64,000 nucleotides of DNA from an uncultured Desulfospira sp. (GCA_963663165.1 OY760175.1:4000001-4064000), one strand, 5' to 3'; counted from the first letter of the stretch, positions 50,606 through 61,292 are shown. Notes: generated by a model not told the origin, from the letters alone. Numbers and translations: made by a program.

Positions 50606-52528
50606 ATGGATTCCATCCTCATCGCAGATGATAATCCGGAAAACCTGAAAGTCCTTTCCAGGCTGTTGAAACAGGAGGGGTATAAAATCAGGGCGGCAAC
50701 CAATGGAAAGCAGGCCCTTGAAAGCTTTCAGGCTCAGCCGCCGGATCTGGTCCTGCTGGATATTCAAATGCCCGGGATGGACGGATATGAGGTCTGCCGG
50801 TTGATCAAACAGCAGACCGGTTACCAGTATATTCCCATCATATTCATCAGCGCCATGGGGGAATCCTTTAACAAGGCAATGGCTTTTGAGGCCGGGGGCA
50901 GCGATTACATCACCAAACCCCTCCAGGCCGAAGAGGTTTTGGCCAGGGTCAGGACCCATCTTAATCTGTATAAATACCAACGGCAGCTCAAAGACAAAAA
51001 TATTGAATTGATGCATCAGTTTAAAGCCACATTTGAACAGGCGGCCGTGGGAATTGCCCATATTGACATCCATACCGGGCAATACCTTAAAGTGAATCAG
51101 CGGTTTGCCGACATCCTGGCCTATTCAAGGGATGAACTGCTCAAAAAAACACTAAAGGACATTACCCATCCGGATTCTTATGAAAAAGATAACTTAAAGG
51201 TCGAGCAGCTGAAAAACAAAGATATTAAATATTTTGTCAAAGAAAAACAATATGTTAAATCTGACGGGTCACCGGTCTGGTGCAAAATAACCGTATCCCT
51301 TGTTGACCCTAAACAGGGAAGTTCCCCCGGCTATCTGCTGTCCATTATCGAAGATATCTCCAAAACCAAGGCCATGGAGGCGGAACAAGAGGAGTATGAA
51401 CGGCTGGTGTTGCAAATGCAGCGAATGGAAGTCATCGGAACCCTTGCCGGCGGCATTGCCCACGATTTCAACAATATCCTTTCGGCCATCATTGGTTTCA
51501 CCGAGCTGGCGCTGGTAGGGGTGCCCAAAGGGACATTGCTTGAAGAACGCCTGCTGGAAATATATTCAGCCGGGAAAAGGGCAACCGACCTGGTGAAGCA
51601 GATCCTGGCCGTTGCCCGCCAGTCCGATGAAAAACGAAGCCTTATTCAACCCGGAGAAATCGCCAATGAAGTTCTCAAGTTTATCCGCTCCACCACCCCA
51701 ACCACCATTGAAATTGTCCGGCAGATCGAAAGTGTCGCCGCGATTATGGGAAACCCGACCCAGGTTCACCAGCTGCTCATGAACCTTTGCACCAATGCGG
51801 TCCAGGCGATGGAGGATTCGGGCGGCGTTTTAACCGTGAGCATAACGGATGTGATTCTTAACCGGGAAAATTTGCAGATGGGCATGAAACCGGGGCTTTA
51901 CATGGAAATCAAGGTGTCGGACACCGGTGTCGGCATCGCCCCTGAATTTATAAAACTGGTTTTTGATCCTTATTTTACCACCAAGGGGCCCGGCGAAGGG
52001 ACTGGTTTGGGGCTTGCCACGGCCCATGGCATCATTAAAAGCTACGAAGGTAAAATAGAAGTTGACAGTCAACTGGGAAAAGGAACCACCTTTACCATCC
52101 ATCTGCCCATCAGCCAAAAAACGGCAGACCGTCATGTCAGCGAACCTGAACCGCTGCCCTTGGGCAAGGGAAATATTTTACTGGTGGATGATGAAATCCC
52201 CATTGCCAAAGTGGAAAGCCAGCTGCTTGAATACCTCGGTTATAGTGTAATCACCAAAACCAGCGGCCTGGACGCCCTGGCGCTGTTCAGGGAAAGGCCG
52301 GAGGATTTCGATCTGGTCTTCACAGATATGACCATGCCCGACATTACCGGGGACAAACTCGCCGTGGAGCTGATAAGAATCAGGCCCGATATTCCGGTTG
52401 TCCTTTGTACCGGATACAGCAAGCATATTTCCAATGAAACCGCCTCAAAAATTGGCATCAAGGCATTTCTCTACAAACCGGCCACAACCGAAGAGCTGGC
52501 CAGAACCATTCAAAAAGCCCTGAGATAG
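50606..52528 (+). CDS. Hybrid kinase (REC-PAS-HisKA-HATPase-REC)
   Basis: LLDIQMP, PAS, GGIAHDFNNIL, NLCTNA, FTTK..GEGTGLGL, TDMTMP. Confidence 0.92.
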   Translation: MDSILIADDNPENLKVLSRLLKQEGYKIRAATNGKQALESFQAQPPDLVLLDIQMPGMDGYEVCRLIKQQTGYQYIPIIFISAMGESFNKAMAFEAGGSDYITKPLQAEEVLARVRTHLNLYKYQRQLKDKNIELMHQFKATFEQAAVGIAHIDIHTGQYLKVNQRFADILAYSRDELLKKTLKDITHPDSYEKDNLKVEQLKNKDIKYFVKEKQYVKSDGSPVWCKITVSLVDPKQGSSPGYLLSIIEDISKTKAMEAEQEEYERLVLQMQRMEVIGTLAGGIAHDFNNILSAIIGFTELALVGVPKGTLLEERLLEIYSAGKRATDLVKQILAVARQSDEKRSLIQPGEIANEVLKFIRSTTPTTIEIVRQIESVAAIMGNPTQVHQLLMNLCTNAVQAMEDSGGVLTVSITDVILNRENLQMGMKPGLYMEIKVSDTGVGIAPEFIKLVFDPYFTTKGPGEGTGLGLATAHGIIKSYEGKIEVDSQLGKGTTFTIHLPISQKTADRHVSEPEPLPLGKGNILLVDDEIPIAKVESQLLEYLGYSVITKTSGLDALALFRERPEDFDLVFTDMTMPDITGDKLAVELIRIRPDIPVVLCTGYSKHISNETASKIGIKAFLYKPATTEELARTIQKALR

Positions 52529-52638
52529 ACAAATTCGGGCCATATCAGCAAAGCCTTGAAGTGTTTGGCAGGCAGTGATACAAGCACAGGAAATCGGGGA
52601 TTTCAAATACTCAACTGCTGAACGCTGACGGGAAACAA

Positions 52639-55038
52639 ATGAATCAAGCTGTACACAACAAAATTGTATCCTTTATCTGGTCCATTGCCGATGACTGTTT
52701 AAGAGACATTTACGTCAGGGGGAAATACCGGGATGTGATTTTGCCCATGGTGGTGCTGCGGCGCCTGGACAGCCTGCTGGAACCGTCCAAGGAGGCCGTG
52801 CTTCAGGAAGTCGCCTTTCAAAAAGAAGAGATGGGGCTGACGGAACTGGACGGCAAGGGCCTTGAAGATGCCGCAGGCTTTGTCTTTTACAACACCAGTA
52901 AATGGACCTTGAAAAAGCTGTTCGATACCGCCGGCAACAACCAGCAGATTTTAAAGGCCAATGTTCAGGAGTATCTTTCAGGATTTTCCGAAAACGTTAA
53001 AGAGATCATTGAAAAATTCAATCTGAAGGCCCAGGTTCGCCATATGGCGGCCAAGGATGTTCTGTATGATGTTTTAGAAAAATTCACATCCCCTTATTTG
53101 AATCTCACCCCCGATGAAAAATTCGACCCGGACGGCAACCCCATGCCGCCGTTAAGCAACCTGGGCATGGGGTATGTGTTTGAAGAGCTGATCCGCAAAT
53201 TCAACGAAGAGAACAATGAAGAGGCCGGAGAGCATTTTACCCCAAGAGAGGTAATTGAGCTGATGACCCGGCTTGTCTTTGAACCGGTAAAGGATAAGAT
53301 GCCCCCGGTGATCACCATCTATGACCCGGCCTGCGGGTCCGGCGGCATGCTCACGGAATCCCAGGCGTTTATTAAGCGGGAGACCGGGCGGCAGGCTGAT
53401 GACGGCTATATCTACCTGTACGGCAAGGAGATCAACGACGAAACCTATGCCATCTGTAAATCAGACATGATGATCAAGGGAAATGATCCGGGCTTTATCC
53501 GTCCTGACTCCACCCTTTCCACAGATGAATTTGCAGGCACCCGTTTTGATTTCATGCTCTCCAATCCGCCCTATGGGAAAAGCTGGGCCAGCGAGCAGAA
53601 ATTTATCAAAGACGGGGCAAACATCATTGATCCCCGGTTCAAGGTGCGCTTGAAAAATTATTGGGGTCAGCCTTTGGACGTGGACGCGGCTCCCCGGTCC
53701 AGCGACGGCCAGCTTTTGTTCTTAATGGAGATGGTCAGCAAAATGAAGACACCGGACCAGAACGTGTTCGGGTCGCGCATCGCCTCGGTTCACAACGGCT
53801 CTTCCCTGTTCACCGGGGATGCGGGAAGCGGGGAGAGCAATATCCGCCGCCACATCATTGAAAACGATCTGCTTGAAGCCGTTATCCAGATGCCCAATAA
53901 CCTGTTTTACAACACCGGCATCACCACTTATATCTGGCTATTGTCCAACAACAAGTGCGATGCCAAAAAAGGAAAGGTGCTGCTGGTTGACGGGTCCAGG
54001 TGTTTCCGAAAACTAAGAAAAAACCTGGGCAACAAAAACTGCGAATTTTCCGCCGACCATATCCGGGAAATTGCTTGGGCTTGCCAGGGCATGCAGCCCA
54101 TTGAGCCGGAGCAGGATGAAAAAGGCGAGGATACCGGTATTGCTGCCAAAGTGTTCTCAAACAGTGACTTTGGGTATTATAAGGTGACCATTGAGCGGCC
54201 GGACAGAAGATCGGCGCAGTTTACAAAAGAGCGCATCGCGCCCCTGAGGTTTGACAAGGCCTTTGCCGTGCCTATGGAATGGATCTACGAACAGTGGGGG
54301 GATGCGGTCTACACCCAGGGGTTTCTTGGGGATCATGAAAAAAAGATCCTGGCCTTCTGCGGGGATAACGGTGTGGCGTTAAATACCAAAAGCCGCAAAA
54401 AATTGTTCAGCCTGAGCCTGTGGGAAAAGCATAAAACCCTGGTTGAGGCGGCCAAAAAGCTGATGGAAGCCATGGGGCAGGACGAAAGCCGGGACTTCAA
54501 CCGGTTTAAGTCCCGGGTGGACCGTACCCTGAAAATCCTGGGCCTGAAACTGTCGGCCCCCCAGAAAAAGGCCATTTTAACGGCTGTGTCCCGGTATGAT
54601 GAAACCGCTAGAAGAGTCGTTAAAAAGAAAGTCAAATTGTCCGGGGAAAAGCTTGACACCCTGCTGGATCATTTAGGGTGCAGTAAGGCGGACCTGCCGG
54701 ACTTTGGATTTTATCCTGGGGCGGGTAAAAAGAACGAGTTTCTGACCTATGAGCCCTGTCCGGACCTTCGGGACCATGAGTCCGTGCCCCTGCAGGGGGA
54801 TATCCATGAATTTTTCAAATCAGAAGTCCTGCCCCATGTGCCCGAAGCCTGGATCAATCTGGATTCGGTGAAGATCGGTTATGAAATCAGTTTCAATAAA
54901 TACTTCTACCGCCATAAGCCTTTGCGGAGCATGGAAGAGGTGGCCCGGGACATCCTGGATCTGGAGCGTGAGGCCGAAGGGCTGATAGCCGATATTCTCG
55001 GCCTTGACGGGGCAGCGGTTTCAGGGGTGAAATCATGA
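52639..55038 (+). CDS. hsdM: Type I RM methyltransferase subunit M (long form)
   Basis: FIWSIADD.LR, GEHFTPRE, YDPACGSGG, SNPPYG, GYEISFNKYFY. Confidence 0.95.
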   Translation: MNQAVHNKIVSFIWSIADDCLRDIYVRGKYRDVILPMVVLRRLDSLLEPSKEAVLQEVAFQKEEMGLTELDGKGLEDAAGFVFYNTSKWTLKKLFDTAGNNQQILKANVQEYLSGFSENVKEIIEKFNLKAQVRHMAAKDVLYDVLEKFTSPYLNLTPDEKFDPDGNPMPPLSNLGMGYVFEELIRKFNEENNEEAGEHFTPREVIELMTRLVFEPVKDKMPPVITIYDPACGSGGMLTESQAFIKRETGRQADDGYIYLYGKEINDETYAICKSDMMIKGNDPGFIRPDSTLSTDEFAGTRFDFMLSNPPYGKSWASEQKFIKDGANIIDPRFKVRLKNYWGQPLDVDAAPRSSDGQLLFLMEMVSKMKTPDQNVFGSRIASVHNGSSLFTGDAGSGESNIRRHIIENDLLEAVIQMPNNLFYNTGITTYIWLLSNNKCDAKKGKVLLVDGSRCFRKLRKNLGNKNCEFSADHIREIAWACQGMQPIEPEQDEKGEDTGIAAKVFSNSDFGYYKVTIERPDRRSAQFTKERIAPLRFDKAFAVPMEWIYEQWGDAVYTQGFLGDHEKKILAFCGDNGVALNTKSRKKLFSLSLWEKHKTLVEAAKKLMEAMGQDESRDFNRFKSRVDRTLKILGLKLSAPQKKAILTAVSRYDETARRVVKKKVKLSGEKLDTLLDHLGCSKADLPDFGFYPGAGKKNEFLTYEPCPDLRDHESVPLQGDIHEFFKSEVLPHVPEAWINLDSVKIGYEISFNKYFYRHKPLRSMEEVARDILDLEREAEGLIADILGLDGAAVSGVKS

Positions 55039-56387
55039 CGGATCTTTTGCCTGTGATCCCTGGATATGAGGCTTATAAGGATTCCGGGGTGGAGTGGATT
55101 GGGGAGATTCCGGAATGTTGGGATGAAAAGCGTTTGAAATTTACATCAAAAATGATTGTAAGCAATGTCGATAAAATTGTGCGTGATTTTGAAACGCCTG
55201 TAAAATTATGCAATTACGTTGATGTTTATAAAAACAGTTATATAACTAATAAAATTTCCTTTATGGAGGTTTCAGCAACAGAAGAAGAAATTATTCGCTA
55301 CAAGATAGAAATTAACGATGTTTTAATAACAAAGGATTCCGAAGATTGGTTGGATATAGGAGTCCCAGCTTTGGTTAAACATGAAGAATCAAAACTTCTA
55401 TGTGGTTATCATCTCGCAATTCTTCGAGCGCAAAAACAAATTATTGGTCGATACTTATTTTGGGCTTTATTAGCTCAATACAATCGCATTCAACTTAGTC
55501 TCCTGGCGAATGGAATCACACGCTATGGAATTTCTCATAGCTCCATTAAAAACATTTGGTTGATATTGCCATGTACTCACGAACAAGTCTCTATAGCCAA
55601 TTTCCTTGACTGTAAAACAGCAAAAATCGACCAGGCCATTGCCATCAAAGAAAAGCAGATCCAGCTTCTCAAAGAGCGCAGGCAGATCTTAATTCAGAAT
55701 GCAGTGACAAAAGGCCTTGATTCCAATGTTCCCATGGCCGATTCAGGTGTGGAATGGATTGGGCAGATACCGGCGCATTGGCAGGTGAAGCGAGCCAAGT
55801 ACCTGTTTGTTGAAGTGGATGAACGCTCGACAACAGGCAAGGAAGAGTTGTTATCAGTTTCACACATGACCGGCGTCACCCCTCGTTCTGAAAAAAATGT
55901 AACCATGTTTATGGCTGAAGACTATACAGGTTCAAAAACCTGCCAAGAAAATGATTTGGTTTTTAACATTATGTGGACGTGGATGGGGGCGTTAGGGGTG
56001 TCTGACAGATCCGGCATAGTCAGCTCTTCCTACGGCATTTTCAGACAGCAAAAAGATGGTCAGTTTAATCCGAATTACCTTGAATTCCTCTTAAAAACAG
56101 GAAAGTATATTGAACATTATAACAAAGTTTCCACCGGCCTTCATTCATCGCGCTTGAGATTTTACGGGCATATGTTTTTAAATATGGAAATAGGCTTTCC
56201 CGACAGAAAAGAACAAGATCATATTGTCGCCCACATCCAGGCCCAGTCCGCCAAAATAGACCAGGCCGTAACCCTGCAGGAGCAGATGATAAAAAAGCTA
56301 AAAGAGTACAAGGCCACCCTGATCAACGCTGCCGTGACCGGAAAAATCAAGGTGCCGGACCCGGCCGCAAACAAATCTGTGGCATGA
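55035..56387 (+). CDS. hsdS: Type I RM specificity subunit S
   Basis: Two DSGVEWIG.IP..W repeats, two TRDs, LIQNAVTKG / LINAAVTGKI. Confidence 0.95.
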   Translation: MTDLLPVIPGYEAYKDSGVEWIGEIPECWDEKRLKFTSKMIVSNVDKIVRDFETPVKLCNYVDVYKNSYITNKISFMEVSATEEEIIRYKIEINDVLITKDSEDWLDIGVPALVKHEESKLLCGYHLAILRAQKQIIGRYLFWALLAQYNRIQLSLLANGITRYGISHSSIKNIWLILPCTHEQVSIANFLDCKTAKIDQAIAIKEKQIQLLKERRQILIQNAVTKGLDSNVPMADSGVEWIGQIPAHWQVKRAKYLFVEVDERSTTGKEELLSVSHMTGVTPRSEKNVTMFMAEDYTGSKTCQENDLVFNIMWTWMGALGVSDRSGIVSSSYGIFRQQKDGQFNPNYLEFLLKTGKYIEHYNKVSTGLHSSRLRFYGHMFLNMEIGFPDRKEQDHIVAHIQAQSAKIDQAVTLQEQMIKKLKEYKATLINAAVTGKIKVPDPAANKSVA

Positions 56388-56406
56388 TGACAAAAGGATA
56401 CACCCA

Positions 56407-57390
56407 ATGACAGATGACAACCGCATTCAAATCTACCAGAGTCTGGACGGGGAGACCTGTGTGGATGTCCGGTTTGAGGAAGATACGGTCTGGCTAACCC
56501 AGGCCCAGATGGTTGAGTTGTTCAAGAGGGATGTGTCTGTTATTTCACGTCATATCAAAAATGCGCTTCGGGAAGGGGAGATCAATGAAAAAAGCAATTT
56601 GCAAAAAATGCAAATTGCTTTGTCCGACAAGCCGGTGACACTTTATGACCTGGATGTGGTCATCTCCGTGGGCTACCGGGTGAAATCCAGGCAGGGTGTG
56701 CAATTTCGCAGGTGGGCCACCCAGCGGTTACGCGAGGTTTTAGTCCAGGGGTATACCCTAAATCAGCAGCGGTTTAAAGAGAATGCCGCAGAACTAAAGC
56801 AGGCCCTGGCTCTGATTCAAAAGGCCGCCCAGTCCCCGGCCCTTGCCACGGATATGGGCCGGGGGCTCATCGACATCATGGGCCGGTATACCCAGACCTT
56901 TCTGTGGCTTCAGCAGTACGACGAAGGCCTGCTCAAAAGTCCGGCCGGTATTTCCGGCGGCACCCTTCCCACACCCGAACAGGCCATGGCATCCATCCAG
57001 GCGCTGAAAAAACAACTGATGGCCAAAGGTGAAGCCTCTGAACTGTTCGCCGGCATGTCCCGGCCCGACAGCATCGGGGCTATTTTTGGCAATCTGGACC
57101 AGACCGTGTTCGGGGAGCCGGCCTATCCCACCGTTGAAAGCAAGGCCGCCCACCTGTTGTATTTTGTGGTGAAAAACCATCCGTTCATTGACGGAAACAA
57201 ACGAAGCGGCGCGTTTTTATTTGTCGATTTTCTTCACCGCAACAACCGCCTGATAAGGGCCAATGGTGCGCCGGTCATCAATGACACAGGACTTGCGGCG
57301 CTGACCCTGCTGGTGGCCGAATCCGATCCAAAGCAAAAAGAGACCCTGATCAAACTGATAATGAATCTGCTGTGCGAACCTGAAATTTAG
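56407..57390 (+). CDS. RhuM-like N-terminus fused to a Fic/Doc domain
   Basis: TVWLTQAQM.ELF, YDLDVVISVGYRVKS..G.QFR.WA (RhuM); HPFIDGNKRSG (Doc-type motif). Confidence 0.88.
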   Translation: MTDDNRIQIYQSLDGETCVDVRFEEDTVWLTQAQMVELFKRDVSVISRHIKNALREGEINEKSNLQKMQIALSDKPVTLYDLDVVISVGYRVKSRQGVQFRRWATQRLREVLVQGYTLNQQRFKENAAELKQALALIQKAAQSPALATDMGRGLIDIMGRYTQTFLWLQQYDEGLLKSPAGISGGTLPTPEQAMASIQALKKQLMAKGEASELFAGMSRPDSIGAIFGNLDQTVFGEPAYPTVESKAAHLLYFVVKNHPFIDGNKRSGAFLFVDFLHRNNRLIRANGAPVINDTGLAALTLLVAESDPKQKETLIKLIMNLLCEPEI

Positions 57391-57417
57391 CATTCCCCCT
57401 AAGGAAAGGAGTGTCCC

Positions 57418-60400
57418 GTGGTCAGCCAAACCAATGAACAGGCCCTGGAAATTGCCATTGAAAAAAAGTTGACCGGCACCTGTCTTGAGGATCTTAAATC
57501 AGGCGACCTCAAAACAGCGGCCCCGCATGATAATCCGGGTAATGATCCGGATAAATTCGAAGTGGCGGAAGTCCAGGTTCCCTTTGAAACCCACCATGGC
57601 TATGAGACCGGGTATCCCCAGCACTTCAACCCAGGGTTTGCCGTTGATGAAGAAAAGTTCTGGGCCTTTCTTGAAAAGACCCAGGAAAAAGAAGTTGAAA
57701 AGCTGAAAAGCAAAAGTGCCGGCACCGATGAATGGCAGCGAAAGATCCTTGAGCGCCTGGACCGGATGATCAGGACAAAGGGGCTTTTACACCTGCTCAA
57801 AAAGGGGTTAAGCATTGATGATGCCCATTTTTCACTCTTTTATCCGGCCCCGCTGGCAAGCTCTGCGGTTCGGGTAACACAGCAGTTTCAAAGCAATGTG
57901 TTCAGCGCCACAAGACAGGTGCATTACTCCCTGGACGACCCCAAAGAATCCATAGACCTTGTGCTGTTTATCAACGGCCTTGCCTTTGCCACCCTGGAAC
58001 TGAAGAACCCCTGGACCGGCCAGACCGCCAGGTTTCACGGCCAGAAACAGTACCGTACCCGACGGGACAATACCCAGCCCCTGCTCCGGTTTGGCCGGTG
58101 CCTGGTCCATATGGCCGTGGATACCGACGAGGTGTATATGACCACCCGGCTTGCCGGTAAATCCACGTTTTTTCTGCCCTTTAACAAGGGGCATGATCTG
58201 GGTGCCGGAAATCCCCCCAATCCAAACGGCCATAAATCCGCCTACCTTTGGGAGGAGGTTTTCAGCAAAGCAAGCATTGCCAACATCCTAGAGCATTTTG
58301 TGCGGCTGGACGGCAAACCCAAAGACCCGCTGAACAAGCGGACCCTGTTTTTCCCCCGGTATCACCAGATGGATGTGGTTCGAAAATTGATCGCCCACGC
58401 TGCTGAAAACGGGGTGGGGCAGACTTATCTGATCCAGCACTCTGCCGGGTCCGGCAAATCCAACTCCATCACCTGGGCCGCCTACCAACTCATCGAGACC
58501 TACCCCCAGCATATTCAGGTACCCGGTGCAAAGGGTCTGGAGCGTCCGCTGTTTGATTCGGTGATCGTGGTCACGGACCGGCGTCTTCTGGATAAGCAGC
58601 TGCGGGAAACCATCAGGGAATTCAGCGAAGTAAAAAATATCATTGCCCCGGCATACCGTTCCGCAGATTTAAAAGCGGCCCTGGAACAGGGAAAAAAGGT
58701 CATCATCACAACCATCCAGAAATTTCCCTTTATCCTGGACGGAATCAGTGACTTGAGCCAAAAAACCTTTGCTGTGATTATCGACGAGGCCCACAGCTCC
58801 CAGAGCGGTTCCGCCCATGACAACATGAACCGGGTCATGGGTACGGCAGCGGACAGCAACAGCGACAATGAGGCCCGAAAAGACAATCAGGATGAAAATC
58901 AGGATGACGCCCAGGACAAGATCCTCAAGGCCATGGCCCAACGAAAAATGCGGGGCAATGCCTCCTATTTTGCCTTTACCGCCACCCCCAAAAATACCAC
59001 CCTTGAAAAATTCGGCGTAAAACAGCCTGACGGACAATTTACGCCCTTCCACCTCTATTCAATGAAACAGGCCATCCAGGAAGGGTTTATCCTGGATGTT
59101 CTGGCCAATTACACCACCTATAAAAGCTATTACGAAATCCAGAAATCCATACAGGATAATCCCCTGTTTAACACCACAAAAGCCCAGAAACGACTTCGGG
59201 CCTATGTGGAGCGCCACCAGCAGACCATCAATATCAAGGCTGAAATTATCCTTGAGCACTTTATCCCCTGTGTGGTGAACGCTAAAAAGCTTAAAGGCAA
59301 AGCCAAGGGCATGGTCATCACCCAGAATATTGAAGCGGCCATCCGGTATTACAGGGCCATTTGCCGGATACTGGATGAAAAGGGCAATCCGTTCAGGGCG
59401 CTGATTGCCTTTTCCGGCCACAAGGAGGTGGACGGCATTGAATATACCGAAAGCCTGATGAATGGATTTAGTGACAGTGAAACCAGGGACCGGTTCGATG
59501 GCGACGACTGCCGCCTGCTGGTGGTGGCCAACAAATATCTGACCGGATTTGACCAGCCCAGACTGTCGGCCATGTACGTGGATAAAAAACTGCAACATGT
59601 TCTGGCGGTCCAGGCCCTGTCCCGGTTAAACCGCTCTGCACAGGCTTTGGGCAAAAAGACCGAAGACCTGTTCATCCTTGATTTTTTTAACAGCGTGGAG
59701 GATATAAAAACGGCTTTTGACAGTTTCTATACGGCTACAAGCCTGTCCCGGGCCACGAATGTCAATGTCCTGCATGAACTTAAAAGCTTTTTAGATGAGC
59801 CCGGCGTGTATGAGTGGCAGGAAGTAGAGCAGTTTGTCTCCCTCTATTTCAACAATGCCGATGCCCAGCAGTTAAGCCCCTTTATTGATGTGGCAGCCCA
59901 TCGCTTTAACAAAGAACTTGAACTTGAAGACCAGGACAAGGCCGACTTTAAGATCAAGGCCAAGCAGTTTGTCAAAATTTACGGGCAGATGGCATCCATC
60001 ATGCCCTTTGAGGTTGTGGAATGGGAAAAACTGTTCTGGTTTTTAAAATTTCTAATTCCAAAATTGGTGGTCAAAGACCCCCAGGCGGATGAAATAGATG
60101 AATTGCTCAACTCGGTTGATCTGTCTTCCTATGGATTGCAGCGGGTAAAACTGAACCAGCAGATCCGCCTGGATGAAGAAGAAACCATTTTGGAACCTCA
60201 GAATCCGAATCCGCGGGGTGCCCATGACGGTGATGAAGAGCATGATCCCTTAGATGACATCATCCGCGATTTCAATGAACGCTGGTTCCAGGGCTGGAGT
60301 GCGACTCCCCAGGAGCAGCGGGTTAAATTTTTGAGTATTGCAGACAGCATCAAGGCCCATCCGGATTTTGACGACAAGTATAAAAAAAATCAGGATACCC

Positions 60401-60549
60401 AGACCCGGATTTTGGCGTTTCAAAAAATATTTGAGGATGTCATGCTCAAAAAGCGGCGCGACGAACTGGAATTGTACAAACTTCTGGCCGGCGATGCCGC
60501 ATTCAAGTCAGCCATGCAGCAGAGTTTAAGACGGATTGTGGACGGATAA
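57418..60549 (+). CDS. hsdR: Type I RM restriction subunit R
   Basis: IDLVLFINGL..ATLELKN, QHSAGSGKS, DEAHSSQ, AFTATP, TGFDQP, QALSRLNR. Confidence 0.95.
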   Translation: MVSQTNEQALEIAIEKKLTGTCLEDLKSGDLKTAAPHDNPGNDPDKFEVAEVQVPFETHHGYETGYPQHFNPGFAVDEEKFWAFLEKTQEKEVEKLKSKSAGTDEWQRKILERLDRMIRTKGLLHLLKKGLSIDDAHFSLFYPAPLASSAVRVTQQFQSNVFSATRQVHYSLDDPKESIDLVLFINGLAFATLELKNPWTGQTARFHGQKQYRTRRDNTQPLLRFGRCLVHMAVDTDEVYMTTRLAGKSTFFLPFNKGHDLGAGNPPNPNGHKSAYLWEEVFSKASIANILEHFVRLDGKPKDPLNKRTLFFPRYHQMDVVRKLIAHAAENGVGQTYLIQHSAGSGKSNSITWAAYQLIETYPQHIQVPGAKGLERPLFDSVIVVTDRRLLDKQLRETIREFSEVKNIIAPAYRSADLKAALEQGKKVIITTIQKFPFILDGISDLSQKTFAVIIDEAHSSQSGSAHDNMNRVMGTAADSNSDNEARKDNQDENQDDAQDKILKAMAQRKMRGNASYFAFTATPKNTTLEKFGVKQPDGQFTPFHLYSMKQAIQEGFILDVLANYTTYKSYYEIQKSIQDNPLFNTTKAQKRLRAYVERHQQTINIKAEIILEHFIPCVVNAKKLKGKAKGMVITQNIEAAIRYYRAICRILDEKGNPFRALIAFSGHKEVDGIEYTESLMNGFSDSETRDRFDGDDCRLLVVANKYLTGFDQPRLSAMYVDKKLQHVLAVQALSRLNRSAQALGKKTEDLFILDFFNSVEDIKTAFDSFYTATSLSRATNVNVLHELKSFLDEPGVYEWQEVEQFVSLYFNNADAQQLSPFIDVAAHRFNKELELEDQDKADFKIKAKQFVKIYGQMASIMPFEVVEWEKLFWFLKFLIPKLVVKDPQADEIDELLNSVDLSSYGLQRVKLNQQIRLDEEETILEPQNPNPRGAHDGDEEHDPLDDIIRDFNERWFQGWSATPQEQRVKFLSIADSIKAHPDFDDKYKKNQDTQTRILAFQKIFEDVMLKKRRDELELYKLLAGDAAFKSAMQQSLRRIVDG

Positions 60550-60567
60550 ACAAAAGGCCCTCAAGTT

Positions 60568-61292
60568 TCACCGTTTTTGGATTCTGTGTTTGATCACCGC
60601 TCCCTCATTTGCCGACGAGGCCAGCCGGGAATAAAGGCTTAAGGACCGCAAATTTTATAAAGTGATCAAAATTACTTGTTCTTTGACTCATCTACTGCGT
60701 TGCATCAAAGGCCCAATAGCCCTACTATTGGGCCTTTGATGCGCCTTGTATATGAGCCAAAGCCCGGCGCAATTTTGACCACTTTATTTCATCTGAGGTC
60801 CTAAGTATCCTTTTTGAATTTTGGGTTCCGGTTTTGTCCATTTTTGCAACCGCCGGGCGATCTCATCATCGGTGAGATGCAGGTGAACAGATCCCACCGC
60901 AGATCGCCTCACCCGACTCTGTTCGGCAAGCCGCAGGCGATCGGCATAGACAGCCGGTATGGCCGCCCCGTCGGTCAGGCTCATCCCTAAGGCCTCGGCT
61001 AGGCAGTGTATAGTTGGGGTTTCTCATGGTAACGGCATCGCACAGCCCGATGGTGCCGAATTCAAACACCGTCCCGCCGGCCCGGTGAATTCCCTTTTTG
61101 ACCTGCTCACTGATCTGATTAAGGGTGAAGTGTCCCGGAATAAAGGTGTTCCAGGTATTGGCAATACCAATCACCGGTCTTTTGGTGGTCAGGTCATCGT
61201 CGGAATAGCCCATGGCCTTGACAACATTTCGCATATCCGCGTTTTCCAGGCCGACAAATGATGCTTGGCTTTTCAGTTTTTTTTTCAGCCAA
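60568..61292 (-). pseudogene. ilvD: Dihydroxy-acid dehydratase pseudogene with large internal deletions, a frameshift and a MITE insertion
   Basis: N-terminal RPVIGIANTW...PGH...CD; mid fragment AIPAVYADRLRLAE; C-terminal EIARRL..W..PEPK..KGYL|SLYSRLASSANEGAV. Only about 0.55 kb of coding DNA remains. Confidence 0.85.
60643..60801. mobile_element. 159-bp fold-back MITE with TAA target duplication
   Basis: Ends GGACC...GGTCC; arms complementary along the whole length around the core gcatcaaaggcccaatag-cccta-ctattgggcctttgatgc; TAA at 60640-60642 and 60802-60804. Confidence 0.8.

Noticed and set aside
50067..51000. Similar receiver domains in adjacent genes
   Set aside because: Ordinary paralogy in two-component clusters.
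55080..55775. Repeated DSGVEWIG-coding DNA in hsdS as a shufflon or phase-variation site
   Set aside because: This is the normal internal symmetry of HsdS; no inverted silent TRDs or recombinase nearby.
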